The translations under genes and the position numbers were made by a program. Shown here piece after piece: positions 16,418-26,759 of a DNA stretch of 64,000 bases. The notes beneath the pieces were generated by a model. It was given only the letters and a program-made list of their open reading frames with translations, did no database searches and was not told the DNA's origin. Where the stretch lies: assembly GCA_000002435.2 (NCBI GenBank), contig CM018793.1. One strand, given 5' to 3'. Each line of letters opens with the position of its first letter. The first letter of the stretch is position 1. This DNA is from Giardia intestinalis. Taxonomy: Eukaryota.

Positions 16418-18334
16418 ATGGCCAGTGTAAGCCCCACCAGCTCTCCGCTCGAGAAACCTGAGGGAGAGGCCATCGTAGACGCCTTGGGTCCTGTACTTTA
16501 CCAAGGAGTGGGTGCAAGCATCTATGCACACATCACCCGCCCTGGCAAAGTTATTAAAGAGGTGTCGATTTACGGTCTTCAGGAAGCAAAGCTTAAAGCT
16601 TTGAGGATGTCGTTCCAGGACCTTGCGCGCATCCATCACCCAAACATCGTGCACTCCGAGTTCCCCATAGAACACGATGGATACTTATACGTGCAGATGG
16701 ACCGCTACTGCACATCTCTTGAGACTATGATACGTACTTCCAGGCTAAGAAGACTGCAATTTTCGAAGTCACAAATACTTACAATTGTTACCCAAGTCTC
16801 TGCCGCTCTCGCATACCTCCACAGTGCGCATAAGGACAGAGAATCTCTGTCAGCTATAGTACACGGAAGAGTTCAGCCTGCTAATATCCTTGTCAACGAA
16901 GATGGAAGACAGTTTGCTCTCTCCAATGCGGGCGTTCATAGAAGCAGGCAGAAGTTTAGCAATACAGTATACACGGCGCCAGAGATATTACTAGATGCTG
17001 ACCTTACGCCTGCAGCTGATATGTGGAGTCTTGGGGTCATTCTGTATGAGCTCGCAACAAAGAACAGACCTGAGTTTATAAGTGGCTGTATGCTCGAATG
17101 TGGCTTCGCTGAAGGATGGGTACCAGACTTAAGTAGTGTCGAGGATGTATTACTTAATAATATCATCCGACGCCTACTTATCTTTGATCCAATCAGTAGA
17201 ATGTCTTCATCTGAGCTATCATCCATTCTACAGGATAGCCAATCACTAGCTGATATAGAGAACTACTTTCGCCTAGATATTCTTGAAAGAGACGTCGTGC
17301 AACTGGCTTTGGAAATATCCATGCTGCATAGTGTTATAGAAAAAAGGCAGCTCCTACCAAGAAGCGATGGCCTCACGACATTAATGTGTGCAGCTCGCTC
17401 CGGAAATGTTGACGTCATAAAACAATTAATCGATACTGGTGAGGGAGTCCGTGCTCAAGATGCAGCGGGGTTAACAGCACTAATGCATGCAACTGTTAAA
17501 AAGCAGTATGATGCTATCAAGGTCCTTGTTGCATTTGAACATGGTATCTATGATAATGGTGGTCAAACAGCCTTGATGCACGCTGCTCAGATGAACGATC
17601 CTCAGGCCATTCACCTATTGGCACAATACGAGGCAGGGATGAAAACCAAGAGACTGAACTCCTTGGCAGGAATTTCTGTCAAGTCTAGAACAGCACTCAT
17701 GGGTGCCGCGGCACAAGGATTCACACGAGCAGTTGAAGCGCTTCTTCAGTACGAAGGGGGACTTCGTGATGAGCTTCATCAGACAGCGCTCATGTATGCT
17801 GCTAGCCAAAATCATCTTGAAGCGGTGCAGCTCCTAGCTTCTCGTGAGGGAGGGTTACAAGATAGTATGAGCCAAACAGCTCTCATCTTGGCTGTACAAC
17901 GTGGAAACGTGAATGTTGTTCCCTTCTTGCTTTGCGAAGTGGGCATGAAGAATAACATGGGCTATAGTGCGCTTATGATTGCAGCGAACGAAGGCCAGTT
18001 TGACATCGTGCAGCTTCTTGTTGAGCATGAAAAGGGGATGCGGAGCTTGACGCAAAGCACTGCGCTTATCAGTGCTGCATACAATAACCACTCTCAGATT
18101 GTGGAACTCCTTATACCCTACGAGTCTCGAATGCAGAATCGTCATGGTCTTACAGCACTGATGGAGGCAGCTAAGCACGGGTACATTGATGTAGTAAGGA
18201 TACTTGTGGATCATGAGAAAGGAGTTAAAGATAATCTAGGGCGGACAGCGCGTACTATGGCTCTTAAGTTTGGACACTCAGAGATTGCAGACTTTCTCTC
18301 TCAATATCCAGAAGAGCAATGTACTCTCCTGTGA
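16418..18334 (+). CDS. NEK-family kinase-like protein with C-terminal ankyrin repeats, predicted to be a catalytically dead pseudokinase (Giardia NEK/21.1-type expansion).
   Basis: Kinase-like N-terminal half (HHPNIVH…YLYVQMDRYCTSLE…VYTAPEIL…ADMWSLGVILYEL) with HGRVQPAN in place of HRDLKPxN and LSN in place of DFG. Followed by at least 8 ankyrin repeats (TALMCAARSGNVDVIKQLI, GLTALMHA…). Confidence 0.85.
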   Translation: MASVSPTSSPLEKPEGEAIVDALGPVLYQGVGASIYAHITRPGKVIKEVSIYGLQEAKLKALRMSFQDLARIHHPNIVHSEFPIEHDGYLYVQMDRYCTSLETMIRTSRLRRLQFSKSQILTIVTQVSAALAYLHSAHKDRESLSAIVHGRVQPANILVNEDGRQFALSNAGVHRSRQKFSNTVYTAPEILLDADLTPAADMWSLGVILYELATKNRPEFISGCMLECGFAEGWVPDLSSVEDVLLNNIIRRLLIFDPISRMSSSELSSILQDSQSLADIENYFRLDILERDVVQLALEISMLHSVIEKRQLLPRSDGLTTLMCAARSGNVDVIKQLIDTGEGVRAQDAAGLTALMHATVKKQYDAIKVLVAFEHGIYDNGGQTALMHAAQMNDPQAIHLLAQYEAGMKTKRLNSLAGISVKSRTALMGAAAQGFTRAVEALLQYEGGLRDELHQTALMYAASQNHLEAVQLLASREGGLQDSMSQTALILAVQRGNVNVVPFLLCEVGMKNNMGYSALMIAANEGQFDIVQLLVEHEKGMRSLTQSTALISAAYNNHSQIVELLIPYESRMQNRHGLTALMEAAKHGYIDVVRILVDHEKGVKDNLGRTARTMALKFGHSEIADFLSQYPEEQCTLL

Positions 18335-18744
18335 TAGGACGCAAATCGTGTAAATCAGATCAGTATGGTTACATTGCTAATTTCTGCATGCGGTTTTTCA
18401 TGTGCGGATTTAGATAGGCATAGTAATGGGACTACTACGAAAAAGGCAATCTGATAAACTTACATTAGCTAATAAAGTACCGACATTCAGCCTGTTCTTA
18501 AGTATGCGTGCCGTATTTTCCCTGAGTTCATATCCATTACTAAGTACCACAATTTGCAATTGTCACGTTCTCAGCCTGATAGCCGACCATGAGTATTAGT
18601 ATATAGCAGTGTCCAGGACATAGGAATGAGGTATATTTGCAAGGATGTGGACGCCACTGCTCACCATATTCCTAGAACCTATCACGCACCGGGGGCTCCC
18701 TCGCAATCGGTGCCCAGAAAGTCACGAGCAGGATTCATCGGCGC

Positions 18745-18751
18745 GTTTACT
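18745..18751 (-). terminator. Giardia polyadenylation signal AGTAAAC, 7 nt downstream of the VSP stop (tgaCTTAGGTAGTAAAC).
   Basis: The revcomp of gtttact is AGTAAAC. An identical 17-nt 3' end is found after the second VSP at 58316. Confidence 0.7.
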
Positions 18752-18758
18752 ACCTAAG

Positions 18759-20930
18759 TCATGCCTTCCCTCTGCATATGAACCACCAGCAGAGGAAGCC
18801 CACAAGGCCAGCCACGACAACCACCACAGCGACGGAGATACCTGCTATGGCGCCTGTGCTGAGGCCGCTTCTGCTGCCCCCGCTGGGCTTGGTGGACACG
18901 CACGCCTCACCCTCCAGCCTGTAGTCGTCCCCGCACTGGCCGCACTTGTTCTCCTCGCTGCACCTGATACACCCGTCGATACTGCAGGCGATGCACTGGG
19001 AGCCGTCTGTGTTCGGCCTCTTGCCCCCCTCTGTGCAGGCGGAGCACTTGTTGTCCATATCACAGTGTGAGCATCCAACAACGGCACATGCGAAGCACCC
19101 GCTCCCAGCCAGGTTGGGCTTGTTGTTGGCGCTACACGCTGTGCACGTGGCGGGGGCCATGCCAGGAGCCTCTAGCGCTGCTGGGGCCGTGCATGCTGTG
19201 CAGCCATATACCCCCACATATGCCTTAGCGGTGCTGCCAGCCCCTATCACTGTGCCAAGGGGGTTCTCGCAGGCCAGGACAGACTGATCAGTATTGGATG
19301 CCCCCGGGACCAGAAAGTACCGGCCGTTCTCGCTGGGGGCGGTGCACCTCCCTCCCTCGGCAGTCTTGCACATGTGGCTGCCAGGAGCCTTCTGAGTACT
19401 GTAGCAGCCGCCCATGTACAGGAAGAACCCGGCAGCACACCGGGTGCAGACGCCGTTCTCGCAGGTGTTGTCACCCTTAGTTCCTGTGCAGACGCCATCG
19501 ATGGGGAACGTGGCGGGGTCTCCGCACAGCGAGCAGTACTGGGAGAACGCCCCGGCGCTGTCAACGACGGTCGCCCCGCAGGTCCCAGACGTCCCCCCGC
19601 AGGCCGTGGGGTCCTCGCAGGCCTTTGTGCACTTCACCGGATTGGTTCCCTCCTTGCGATAGTTGAGCTTACAGGAGTTGCAGGTCAACGAGCCAGCGAA
19701 GGTGCACGTTGCACACCCATCGACTCCATCTGTCGGGTTATCACAGGGGACGCATGTGCCGGGGGAAGTGCCCCCTCTCAAGAAGAACCCGGTCTTGCAG
19801 GTTTGGCATTTGGTCTTGTCAGCTTTCTCAGAGCAGGTTGCGCAGTTCTCGCCACAGGCGTCACATGTGAAGCCGCTGTTGGTGTTCTTGATGTACCCCT
19901 CCAGGCACTCTGTGCAGGTCGGCGGTGTGGCGCCAGTCCTCGAGCACTTCTTACAGCCGACGATGCCCTGGTTCTTCTTCTCTTGCTCTGTCACTGTGTC
20001 GCTGCATAGAATACACGCTGTTGCGTCGTCTTTCATGAATAGCCCACTATCGGTGGCTTTGCAGCCGTCGTCTGTCTTTTCCACGCACGTCGTCGTCCCG
20101 TCGGCAGCAGTTCTTACCAGCTTCCCGTTACAATCGGTGCACCTCGGCTTTCCCGTGGCGTCACTATATTCGCATGCCGCGCACCCAGCTATGTCAGTAG
20201 CGCAGGCCTTGCACTCGTCTGCTTTTGGGTCTGCATAGCTATCACTACCACATCCACCAGCCTCTACACACTCAGTGCCCTTCAGGAACTTCCCCCCAAG
20301 GCAGGCGGTGCACTGGGTCGGCGTAGCAGACTCACACGTCAAACAGCCGGGTCCGCATTGCACACATGCACCATCCTTCGTAGCGTACCCTCCTTGGCAT
20401 GCAGTGCACGTGGCAGCCCCTGTACCGCCACCTGGCGCCGTGCATGTGTAGCAGCCCGCCACCCCCGTGACTCCGTCTCGCGGAGTGACGTCTGAGCAAA
20501 GCACGCACTCGTTGCCAGGGGCTACTGGGCTGGCCGGGTTCTGGAATAGATACGCGGCGCCTGCCTTGCAGGTGGTGCACACCCCCTTGTCGGCCGCCGT
20601 GCAGATCTCAGACCACTGGCTCGTCTTGTAGCACCCGCCCATGAAGAGGAAGTACCCGTCCCCGCACTTCCCGTAGGCAGTATCCGAGCCCGCCAACGCG
20701 GTCCCGTCTGCCCTGGTGCACCCGGCCGCCGCGGCCTGGGGGGAGCCGGGGGGCCAGCAGAAGCCGCCGACCGGGACGCCCCCGGCCCTGCACCCGGTGC
20801 AGATCTCGGAGTACCCGACCGTCTCGCACTTATCGGTCTGGCAATTCGCGGCATGGTCTCCGTCTGGCTGACAAGGCGCCGCGAGTGTGACTGCAAGCGT
20901 GGTTCCTACACACAGCAGTGGGTGCCGCCT
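18759..20930 (-). CDS. Variant-specific surface protein (VSP). It has the canonical TM and CRGKA tail, but no in-frame ATG precedes the signal-peptide-like segment, so it may be a 5'-defective or recombined copy.
   Basis: Ends …AGLVGFLCWWFICRGKA*, has many CXXC and GGCY motifs, and its 3' end is TGACTTAGGTAGTAAAC. The frame stays open up to plus position 21050 and encodes …RRHPLLCVGTTLAVTLAAPCQ… with no Met. The track start at 20696 is TTG; the first in-frame ATG (20642) falls inside the mature domain. Confidence 0.75.
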   Translation of the reverse strand, partial: RRHPLLCVGTTLAVTLAAPCQPDGDHAANCQTDKCETVGYSEICTGCRAGGVPVGGFCWPPGSPQAAAAGCTRADGTALAGSDTAYGKCGDGYFLFMGGCYKTSQWSEICTAADKGVCTTCKAGAAYLFQNPASPVAPGNECVLCSDVTPRDGVTGVAGCYTCTAPGGGTGAATCTACQGGYATKDGACVQCGPGCLTCESATPTQCTACLGGKFLKGTECVEAGGCGSDSYADPKADECKACATDIAGCAACEYSDATGKPRCTDCNGKLVRTAADGTTTCVEKTDDGCKATDSGLFMKDDATACILCSDTVTEQEKKNQGIVGCKKCSRTGATPPTCTECLEGYIKNTNSGFTCDACGENCATCSEKADKTKCQTCKTGFFLRGGTSPGTCVPCDNPTDGVDGCATCTFAGSLTCNSCKLNYRKEGTNPVKCTKACEDPTACGGTSGTCGATVVDSAGAFSQYCSLCGDPATFPIDGVCTGTKGDNTCENGVCTRCAAGFFLYMGGCYSTQKAPGSHMCKTAEGGRCTAPSENGRYFLVPGASNTDQSVLACENPLGTVIGAGSTAKAYVGVYGCTACTAPAALEAPGMAPATCTACSANNKPNLAGSGCFACAVVGCSHCDMDNKCSACTEGGKRPNTDGSQCIACSIDGCIRCSEENKCGQCGDDYRLEGEACVSTKPSGGSRSGLSTGAIAGISVAVVVVVAGLVGFLCWWFICRGKA

Positions 20931-21396
20931 CAGAGGGTCCGCCTCCGCCGCCCGCTGTGTACCGAATGTTGTGCTTGCAATGGGGAGTGCATGTTGAGAT
21001 GTGGTCGATAGGCGCCCTGTAGACCCTGTGGTGGGCGGCGCTCGGCCTTCTTAGAAGCTATGCTCCCAGTAGATGGCTACAGTGAGCAAGCCCTGACTCG
21101 TCTGGCTTCAGTTCCGTACGTAGTTTATTGCTCAGTCGATTGTGAACAGCCCTTGAGGCCCGGTGCCCTAATCCGGTATTGGGGATCTGACTATGTAACA
21201 CGCCACTGAAGTAGAGTGGGTGTTTCCAAAAGCGCGTGACTTGATGCAACTCTCCAGTGCATCGGTTCGCCCTACCACGGGGATAGCCGGGGCTGGCCTG
21301 GACATGGCTTTTCTCTCGTACCGATCAGTTCACAGGTTTCCTTCTTATGTTTACAACATACTAATAAATAAGCCAAGCCAGTCCTAGGCACACCGC

Positions 21397-24300
21397 ATGC
21401 TGATTCTCCTGTGTGCTGCTGCATGTCTCGCCGAGGCGTGCGGGACAGGACCTGCATGTGTTAACGGAGACTGCGCCTACGGGGACGGAGCACACTTCTG
21501 CCAGTGCAGGCGGGGCTGGGCGGGGGCTGCGTGCGACGCCCCCCGTGCAGGGTTCCGCAGGGTAACTACTAATACTGGCAAGGCATCCACAGACAGGGCC
21601 GTCAACTACGCTTGCCTCGTGAACGGGACGGAGTGCACAGAGTCGAACAAGTGCACCTACTACGCGGGGGCGTACTCGTGCGACCCCTGTCCTGCTGGCT
21701 TCGTGTCTTACGAGGACGAGTGCCTGCCGAGGGGCTGCTTCAACACAGGTGACCTCTCAGGACAGGAGGCAACGAAGGCCCCCTGCAACGGCCGCGGCCG
21801 CTGCCTCCTGAAGGACCCCGGGCTGGCCGGGCTGAGTGCTGACGACTACGCGTGCGACTGCTACCCGATCTACCGCGGGGGCCTCTGCCAGTCGTGCGAC
21901 GACGCCAACGCGATCGCTGTGGAAAGCTCTTCGTCTGACGCCCTCCCTACGTGCAATGCGCGGGCCTGCCAGGACTCGGATGGCATCGTGTGCTCAGGCC
22001 AGGGAACGTGCACCCTCGACGTGGGCCTCGATCGCGAATCGTACCGCTACCGCTGCAAGTGCAATGATGGCTACACACGCGTTGGGCACAGGTGCGTCAA
22101 GACGGAGTGCGTGGCCACGATCGACGGGTCCCCGGTCGTCTGCGGGGGCTTTGGAAAATGTATAGAAGAGGGCGACGGTGCCCCCAAGTGTGCCTGCGAC
22201 CCAGATGCAGTCCAGGTCGATAAGTTCTGTACCTCTCCTACATGCACGACCGAAACCCCTGCGAAAATATGTGGCGGAGTGGGCGCCTGTGTGCGTGACG
22301 GCGCTGGTTATAGCTGCGATTGCCGAGGGCTTGCCACAGGAAACTTATGTGAAAACTGTGTTCCAGAGAAGTCTGAGAGTATAGACGGCACCTGTGTTCC
22401 AGTGGGGTGTCTTACTTCCAACAAACAGAGCTCATGTACGAATAAAGGAGTCTGCGTCAAGTCCGACGGCGAGTACCACTGCCGCTGCCCGGACATGCTC
22501 ATTGCCGTTGACGGAGAGTGCACGTCCCCCGCGTGCATGGACGAGGAACTTGGGAAGGTCTGCTCGGGGCACGGCACGTGCAAGACGGACGACCCACGAG
22601 ACATAAAGTGTACTTGCGAAGCTGATTATACCTACGTCGCCCCGGGGCGTTGCATCTTGAGCACTTTGGTAGATAGCCCTGCCACGGTTTGCAGCGATCA
22701 TGGACGCATTGTCGTTAGTGCTGAGGCTCCTGATACGATGACGTGCCAGTGTTCGCCTATCTACACAGGAGCTAAGTGCGCAGAATGTGATCAACAGAAC
22801 GCGCAAGTGATTGGCGAGAAATGTATTGCAAAGAAGTGCATTGTGCAGCAACAGCCACCGGATCCACAGCCCAGTCTGCGCACGGCTACTGCTCAGGATA
22901 TCTGCGGGAACACAGGCACGTACACCACTTATGGTGATCCGAGCAATCCGTTCATCACATGCGTCCCTAAAGATGCTGATAGTGGAAATGTCTCCGCCTA
23001 CAACGGCACCTTCTCTGCTAAACCTGGATGTGTATTTATCAGTAAGATAGACAAGACAAGAAGATTCTTTTGTGGATTCCTTGAGAATATAACAGAAAAC
23101 CTGTCAACTGGTAACTTGCCTACGTGCGCTAAACCTTCCGAAAAACCCGATCTGCCTGAAACATGTACTCACTGTCCAACTGACTTTCACCTTGTACACT
23201 TTGGGGAAAACAATAGCACATGTATGCACAAGAGTTGTCACGATGGCAAATCCAGTCATATGTGGTACAATTACTGCGGCGGCGTGGGAGACTGTATTCA
23301 GAAGAAGGATAAAAGCGGATACGAGTGTGATTGTGGGACTGCTGCTAAATGGGATCCAAATTTGAAGGCGTGTGTTACTGATGCATGCAAGCTCAACAAG
23401 AGTCTTGCTGGCCCCTATGCACCAGACTACTGTATTCCTCAGTCTACCTTTACACTCGAATGCACTGTCGGACGGGACGCAACGTGGCAGTGTAATTGCA
23501 CTGGGGACTATGTTACGTACAACAAGACGTGCATTTCAAAGAGTAAGAACGCTGATCCAAAGACTCAGCGAGCAAGGGGACTCTGTGGCGGCCCCGGGGC
23601 GGGATATATAGACAGTACTGGAACCTGCGTCTGCAGCAATGGCTTCCTCAAGATCGGTGACATGTGCTACAGCTACGACTGCCTGCCAGTTGGCATATCA
23701 GATAACATAAGGAATCCGGATATCAACGTGCTTGTCTGCTCCGGAAAGGGGGTCTGCGCATACAACCAGCTGACTGGCCGGTACGGCTGCGAGTGCAGCG
23801 ACGGACTGGAGGCCTTCGGGGGCTACTGCACTCATCCAGGATGCGCCGGAAAGGTAATGCATAACGGAGAAATTAAGTATGTTGAGTGCAAAATCTACGA
23901 TGGGACAACTGGAGATTGTACAAACGATAAGGGCACATATTCCTGCAAGTGTACTACTCCGTATAGATCTGTCAATGGGATCTGTGTTCATCAGCGTTGC
24001 GTATCGTATGATAACGTCTATTGCGGAGGAGATGTCCTGGCTGCATGCGTGCAGGGGAGTAATTACTATTACGGGTGTGTCTGCTCCGAAGGCTATGAGA
24101 GGGGCCAGCTCAATTCGGAATGCATTCCAAGTAAGTGTGTTTACAGAAGGCTGCTGAGTGATCCCACTATTGCATGCAATGGGTTAGGAACATGTGGCGG
24201 AGAAGGATCTTTGTTGAAGAATAGGCGGTGTGAGTGCAAGTCTGGTGCTAAGCTAGTCACACTTAGAGATGTGAATGGGGAGTTGAGAGAAACATGTATA

Positions 24301-26454
24301 TTAAGTGAGTGCATTTCTAGTGAGGACGGAGTGGAACCGCCGATTATCTGTGGAGGACTAGGCAGTTGTGGGCCCACAGGATGCGTATGCGATCTGGGGA
24401 CAAAGTTATTTAAAAGGGCTTGCTTTGGCATCAACTGCTTTATTAACACCGTAGATGATAGCGGACAACTTGTTGAGTCTGTGTGCGGTGGCGAGACCGT
24501 TGGGGTGTGCACAAAGATAGCGTCGCACGGCGATCGTCGAGACTACGCTTGTAAGTGCAAGGACCCGAAGCCTGACGAGTATGAAGAACTTGATGGGTTC
24601 TGTCTACCAAAAGCTTGCATATTTGAAATCACAACCTTGACTAATCAGCAGGTGAGGACGATGTGCGGTGGAAAGCAGTTTGGAACATGCGTTCTTAATG
24701 CTACTCAATCATCCAAGTCATACTGTAAGTGCATAAATCGATATGACATTATTCAAATAACAAATGGAAAGTGTATGAAGAAAACCTGTCTTAGCGACTC
24801 TCTTTCTGGAGGTCCGGAGGGATACGTTGAATGTTCTGGACATGGGAAGTGTATAGGGGATCATATTGTGGGGTACTCGTGCAATTGTGACGAAAATTAT
24901 CAAACGGTTGCAGACGATCGCCGTTATTTGTGCGTACCAGCTGTCTGTGTTGTATCAGAGACAAATTCCAGTACTATATGCAACGGAAGAGGGACCTGTC
25001 AGTTCAAGACAGACCCAGGAAAGTGCGAGTGTAGGCCTGGGTATGATGGTACCAAATGTGAGACGTGTGCAAATGGCTACAAGGAACACACAGATGCACA
25101 GTGCTACCTCAATGGCTGTCCGGCAGACAATTGTGGCACGGAGGAAAATACTAGCGTAGGGGCTTGCCAATTTAGCGGAAACAGTTTTGCTTGCGTCTGC
25201 GTCAACTCGAGCTTCGTCGTTGACAGTGCTAGCAAGAAGTGCCGAAAATCCAGATGCGTTTGGTCGGATCCATACGATCAGACAGAAAAAACGTGCTATG
25301 GCATGGGTACGTGCAATGATAACGGCGAGGACACTGGGGCGTGTGTTTGCAACCCCGGGACAACCCTAGTCGGGACAAACATCTGTGTTTATAGCCAGTG
25401 CATCTCGGATGGAAGCGACCCCAAAGCAATATGCAAGGGGCGCGGGACATGCGTAGAGGGCCCTGTCGCCGGGACAGGACTGTGCAGATGCAACAGCAGC
25501 AGATACCGCACAGACAAGAAGACCGGCCAGTGCTTTGTCAAGGAGTGCTTCGGGGCACACGAGAGCATCCTGGCCGAGGTCTGCGATGGCGGTGGAACAT
25601 GCAGTGAAGACACTAAAAAGTGCAACTGTAGCGTAGACGGCTTCCAGAGCCTCGACGGCCAGAACGGCTGCGTGCACAGCAGCTGCGTCTCGTCGAACAA
25701 CAAGCTTTGTAGCGGCTTTGGGGCCTGCGAGAAGACCGGCGACACCTACGGCTGCCTGTGCGCAAGTTACTATACTCTGGTCGATAAGGACTGCATCCCC
25801 ACAAGGTGTCTCAAGGACGGGAAAGTCTGCAACGGCGGCGGCACGTGCTCCGGCGAGGGATCCTCTGCGACCTGTAGCTGCAACCAGGGCTGGGCTTCGC
25901 TGAATAACCTCTGCTACCCGGCAGCCTGCGTTTCCAGTGGGACGCTCTGCGGGGGGAATGGCAACTGTCCACTTTCCACAGATAGTACATGCGAGTGCAA
26001 GTATGGGTATGAAAGTGTTCTTGACCAGCTCTGCATCAGCAGCCAGTGCGTCCAGCGCGGCACCGACGGCACCGTGACGATCTGCGGGGGCAACGGCAAG
26101 TGCGTGTCTGAGAACGGCGTGACTCCCAGCTGCGTGTGCAACGAGGGCTTCTCTCTCACAAGCGACTTCGTCTGCGGAGTCCCTGCTCCATCCAACAAGT
26201 CATCAAGTACCATAACGATTGCAGTCGTGGTCGTCGTCCTCCTCGTCCTCGTTGCAGTGGCCGGCTTCCTCGTCTGGTGGTTCGTGATACGGCCCAGGAA
26301 GAGCGGTGAGTTGAGGGAGCGCGCCCCGCGGAAAGGCCCTAGCTTTAGTGGCTCGCAAAAGCTCAAGAAGCAAGCAAGCTCCAAGGCGTCGCTCCACGCC
26401 ACTGCGCCCCTACTGAGCCGGTCATCTCATGCCGGTTCTAGTGTCCAACTCTAG
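21397..26454 (+). CDS. High-cysteine membrane protein with tandem EGF-like/laminin-like cysteine modules (1685 aa), type I membrane topology.
   Basis: Signal peptide MLILLCAAACLAEA, then dozens of ~40-aa modules (C..G.C….C.C..GY…). A single TM (IAVVVVVLLVLVAVAGFLVWWFVI) and an ~80-aa cytoplasmic tail follow. ATG verified at 21397. Confidence 0.9.
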   Translation: MLILLCAAACLAEACGTGPACVNGDCAYGDGAHFCQCRRGWAGAACDAPRAGFRRVTTNTGKASTDRAVNYACLVNGTECTESNKCTYYAGAYSCDPCPAGFVSYEDECLPRGCFNTGDLSGQEATKAPCNGRGRCLLKDPGLAGLSADDYACDCYPIYRGGLCQSCDDANAIAVESSSSDALPTCNARACQDSDGIVCSGQGTCTLDVGLDRESYRYRCKCNDGYTRVGHRCVKTECVATIDGSPVVCGGFGKCIEEGDGAPKCACDPDAVQVDKFCTSPTCTTETPAKICGGVGACVRDGAGYSCDCRGLATGNLCENCVPEKSESIDGTCVPVGCLTSNKQSSCTNKGVCVKSDGEYHCRCPDMLIAVDGECTSPACMDEELGKVCSGHGTCKTDDPRDIKCTCEADYTYVAPGRCILSTLVDSPATVCSDHGRIVVSAEAPDTMTCQCSPIYTGAKCAECDQQNAQVIGEKCIAKKCIVQQQPPDPQPSLRTATAQDICGNTGTYTTYGDPSNPFITCVPKDADSGNVSAYNGTFSAKPGCVFISKIDKTRRFFCGFLENITENLSTGNLPTCAKPSEKPDLPETCTHCPTDFHLVHFGENNSTCMHKSCHDGKSSHMWYNYCGGVGDCIQKKDKSGYECDCGTAAKWDPNLKACVTDACKLNKSLAGPYAPDYCIPQSTFTLECTVGRDATWQCNCTGDYVTYNKTCISKSKNADPKTQRARGLCGGPGAGYIDSTGTCVCSNGFLKIGDMCYSYDCLPVGISDNIRNPDINVLVCSGKGVCAYNQLTGRYGCECSDGLEAFGGYCTHPGCAGKVMHNGEIKYVECKIYDGTTGDCTNDKGTYSCKCTTPYRSVNGICVHQRCVSYDNVYCGGDVLAACVQGSNYYYGCVCSEGYERGQLNSECIPSKCVYRRLLSDPTIACNGLGTCGGEGSLLKNRRCECKSGAKLVTLRDVNGELRETCILSECISSEDGVEPPIICGGLGSCGPTGCVCDLGTKLFKRACFGINCFINTVDDSGQLVESVCGGETVGVCTKIASHGDRRDYACKCKDPKPDEYEELDGFCLPKACIFEITTLTNQQVRTMCGGKQFGTCVLNATQSSKSYCKCINRYDIIQITNGKCMKKTCLSDSLSGGPEGYVECSGHGKCIGDHIVGYSCNCDENYQTVADDRRYLCVPAVCVVSETNSSTICNGRGTCQFKTDPGKCECRPGYDGTKCETCANGYKEHTDAQCYLNGCPADNCGTEENTSVGACQFSGNSFACVCVNSSFVVDSASKKCRKSRCVWSDPYDQTEKTCYGMGTCNDNGEDTGACVCNPGTTLVGTNICVYSQCISDGSDPKAICKGRGTCVEGPVAGTGLCRCNSSRYRTDKKTGQCFVKECFGAHESILAEVCDGGGTCSEDTKKCNCSVDGFQSLDGQNGCVHSSCVSSNNKLCSGFGACEKTGDTYGCLCASYYTLVDKDCIPTRCLKDGKVCNGGGTCSGEGSSATCSCNQGWASLNNLCYPAACVSSGTLCGGNGNCPLSTDSTCECKYGYESVLDQLCISSQCVQRGTDGTVTICGGNGKCVSENGVTPSCVCNEGFSLTSDFVCGVPAPSNKSSSTITIAVVVVVLLVLVAVAGFLVWWFVIRPRKSGELRERAPRKGPSFSGSQKLKKQASSKASLHATAPLLSRSSHAGSSVQL

Positions 26455-26574
26455 TTCGCCGCCATCCATGCAAGATATTACAGCATGCACGAGTTGGCCC
26501 TCCAAAACTGTAAATCTGGGTATAAGACTCACTCAGCTCGAGTAGAGGAATCATCTACTGAGAGTAATTGTCCC

Positions 26575-26710
26575 TCGCCTGAAGCGTGTCCAGACGTCTC
26601 ACGGGCAGCAAGCCTGGCCCTCTGAGGGTGGGGTGGTTGTAGGTAACAAGAGGGGCTCCCCTCCACTAGTGCAGAAGGACAACCATGGATCCAGTGCGGT
26701 CGTCGGTGCC
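26575..26710 (-). repeat. Copy A of a ~135-bp conserved element (about 90% identical to copy B at 58921..59054, opposite orientation), located 120 bp 3' of the EGF-like HCMP gene.
   Basis: The revcomp of 26590–26710, ggcaccgacgaccgcactggatccatggttgtccttctgcactagtggaggggagcccctcttgttacctacaaccaccccaccctcagagggccaggcttgctg, compared with 58921– gcaccgacgaccgcactggacccatggtcgtccctctgcactagtggagggagcccctgcttgctacctacaaccaccccatcctcagagggccaggcttgctg. Confidence 0.7.
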
Positions 26711-26759
26711 TGGGCTTGTGTCTCGTGCAACGCGGGCTGGAGATCAGACCAGCACGGCG

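Noticed and set aside
18845-20238. Several 80–210-aa plus-strand ORFs (e.g. 19374..20009, 19663..20238) and the minus ORFs 20522..20896 and 20608..20829
   Set aside because: These are GC-rich alternative frames and antisense of the VSP coding sequence with low-complexity Pro/Ala/Arg-rich translations, typical spurious ORFs. The VSP frame is the only one with family signatures.
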